The notes under the pieces were generated by a model. That model did not search any database. It was not told the DNA's origin and saw only the letters and a program-made list of their open reading frames with translations. Positions 63,228 through 64,000 of a stretch of 64,000 nt of DNA are shown here, piece by piece (the first letter of the stretch is position 1; each line of letters opens with the position of its first letter). Source of the stretch: Vicinamibacterales bacterium (GTDB lineage Bacteria > Acidobacteriota > Vicinamibacteria > Vicinamibacterales > UBA2999); NCBI GenBank assembly GCA_035647075.1, contig DASROF010000168.1, positions 23,456 through 87,455 of the forward strand. The letters run 5' to 3'. Both the position numbers and the translations under genes were made by a program.

Positions 63228-64000
63228 TGCGGCGGGAGCGAACGACCTGGCGGTCTCGATCACGCTGGTTTGCTCGTCGCCCGTCAAGTCTGTAAAGAAC
63301 GGCAGGCGAACGACACGCTCGCTGACATCCTCCGCGACAGGGCAATCGCCTGGCCTGCCGCCAAGGCGCCGACCGACGGGCGACAGGTGCAGTGGAATGT
63401 AGTGAAACACCGCGAGGATCCCCTGCCCCGCGAGATGATCGATGAAGGCCTTCCGCGCTGCGGCCGACGGCATCACCAGCGCGAACAGATGCGACGGGTG
63501 TTCGGCCGACAGAGGAATCACCGGCATCTGGACACCGTTGGCGTCCGCCCAGTCCTTCAGCTCTGATTCGTATCGACCCCAGATCGCCTGGCGTCGTGCC
63601 TGGACGTCCGCTGCGATATCCAACTGCGCCGAGAGCAGCGCCGCCTGGACCTCAGAGCAGAGGTAATTGGAGCCCATATCGACCCACGTGTACTTGTCCA
63701 CCTGGCCGCGGAAGAAGCGACTGCGGTTGGTGCCCTTTTCGCGGACGATCTCGGCACGATCGATCAGCGACCCGTCGTTCACCAGAATGGCGCCACCTTC
63801 ACCGCAGGTCAGATTCTTCGTCTCATGAAAGCTCTGGGTCGCGACGGCGCCAAAGGTGCCAAGCGACCGGCCTTTGTACTTCCCAAACAGGCCGTGGGCG
63901 TTGTCCTCGATGACCGTCAGCGAGTGCCGGGCGGCGATGTCGAGGATCTCATCCATCTCGCAGGCAACACCGCCATAGTGCATCGGCACGATGGCACGCG
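62919..64000 (-). CDS. DegT/DnrJ/EryC1/StrS-family sugar aminotransferase (ArnB/WecE-like); 5' end outside the window, with a long low-complexity C-terminal read-through
   Basis: The frame is open to nt 64000 ('..RAIVPMHYGG'). It contains 'VIEDNAHG' and the PLP-lysine context 'SFHETKNLTCGEGGAI'. The conserved domain ends near 'VIETARSF'. The frame then stays open for about 100 more codons, antisense to the GT2 gene. Confidence 0.8.
   Translation of the reverse strand, partial: RAIVPMHYGGVACEMDEILDIAARHSLTVIEDNAHGLFGKYKGRSLGTFGAVATQSFHETKNLTCGEGGAILVNDGSLIDRAEIVREKGTNRSRFFRGQVDKYTWVDMGSNYLCSEVQAALLSAQLDIAADVQARRQAIWGRYESELKDWADANGVQMPVIPLSAEHPSHLFALVMPSAAARKAFIDHLAGQGILAVFHYIPLHLSPVGRRLGGRPGDCPVAEDVSERVVRLPFFTDLTGDEQTSVIETARSFAPAALATLRRCGGADDIGRTIHRSHMHATQVLAEDSQREELGPREDRDDGREKREAGDGCAAEQEPSEHVRQHGKPEQRECEADERGHLQRDQAESSHQIHRMTGE

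Overview
This is a visibly GC-rich bacterial chromosomal segment. Gene content, a Ser/Thr kinase with TPR architecture and the many short heptamer or REP-like intergenic hairpins suggest an Acidobacteriota-type soil bacterium, but that is inference only. I support about 55 protein-coding genes and found no rRNA, tRNA or CRISPR.

Most of the window is core housekeeping in tightly coupled operons:
- an ethanolamine ammonia-lyase fusion (5' partial)
- an orphan MoxR/VWA/CoxG module
- PBP1A
- a TolB-like protein followed by an M28-PDZ peptidase
- two tandem TerC paralogs
- an hspR-cbpA-clpB-ftsH heat-shock operon with a HAIR-like operator
- a peroxiredoxin followed by an MBL-rhodanese protein
- a large Ser/Thr kinase
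- the ilvBNCD operon
- an ECF sigma factor followed by two paralogous HExxH/TPR proteins
- a recG-rsmD-coaD-aminotransferase-oxidase operon
- lexA-DUF3467-nth-zincin-rsmA-rnj-ftsK-amidase
- pepA
- an acyl-CoA synthetase
- an ArnC-like GT2 and an ArnB-like aminotransferase (partial)

I could not recognise a canonical defence or mobile system. The items most worth follow-up are:
1. A 1.1-kb insertion that looks lower in GC and is bounded by a perfect 23-bp direct repeat duplicating the 3' end of pepA.
2. A 1138-aa secreted metzincin-like protein with an 11-unit GDALGL hexapeptide array. The array is perfectly conserved in protein but scrambled at synonymous sites.
3. Several families of short-period repeat hairpins, one of which sits in frame inside a coding region.
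4. A 309-bp convergent gene overlap at the right end of the window.

All homology calls come from motif recognition by eye. No searches were run.
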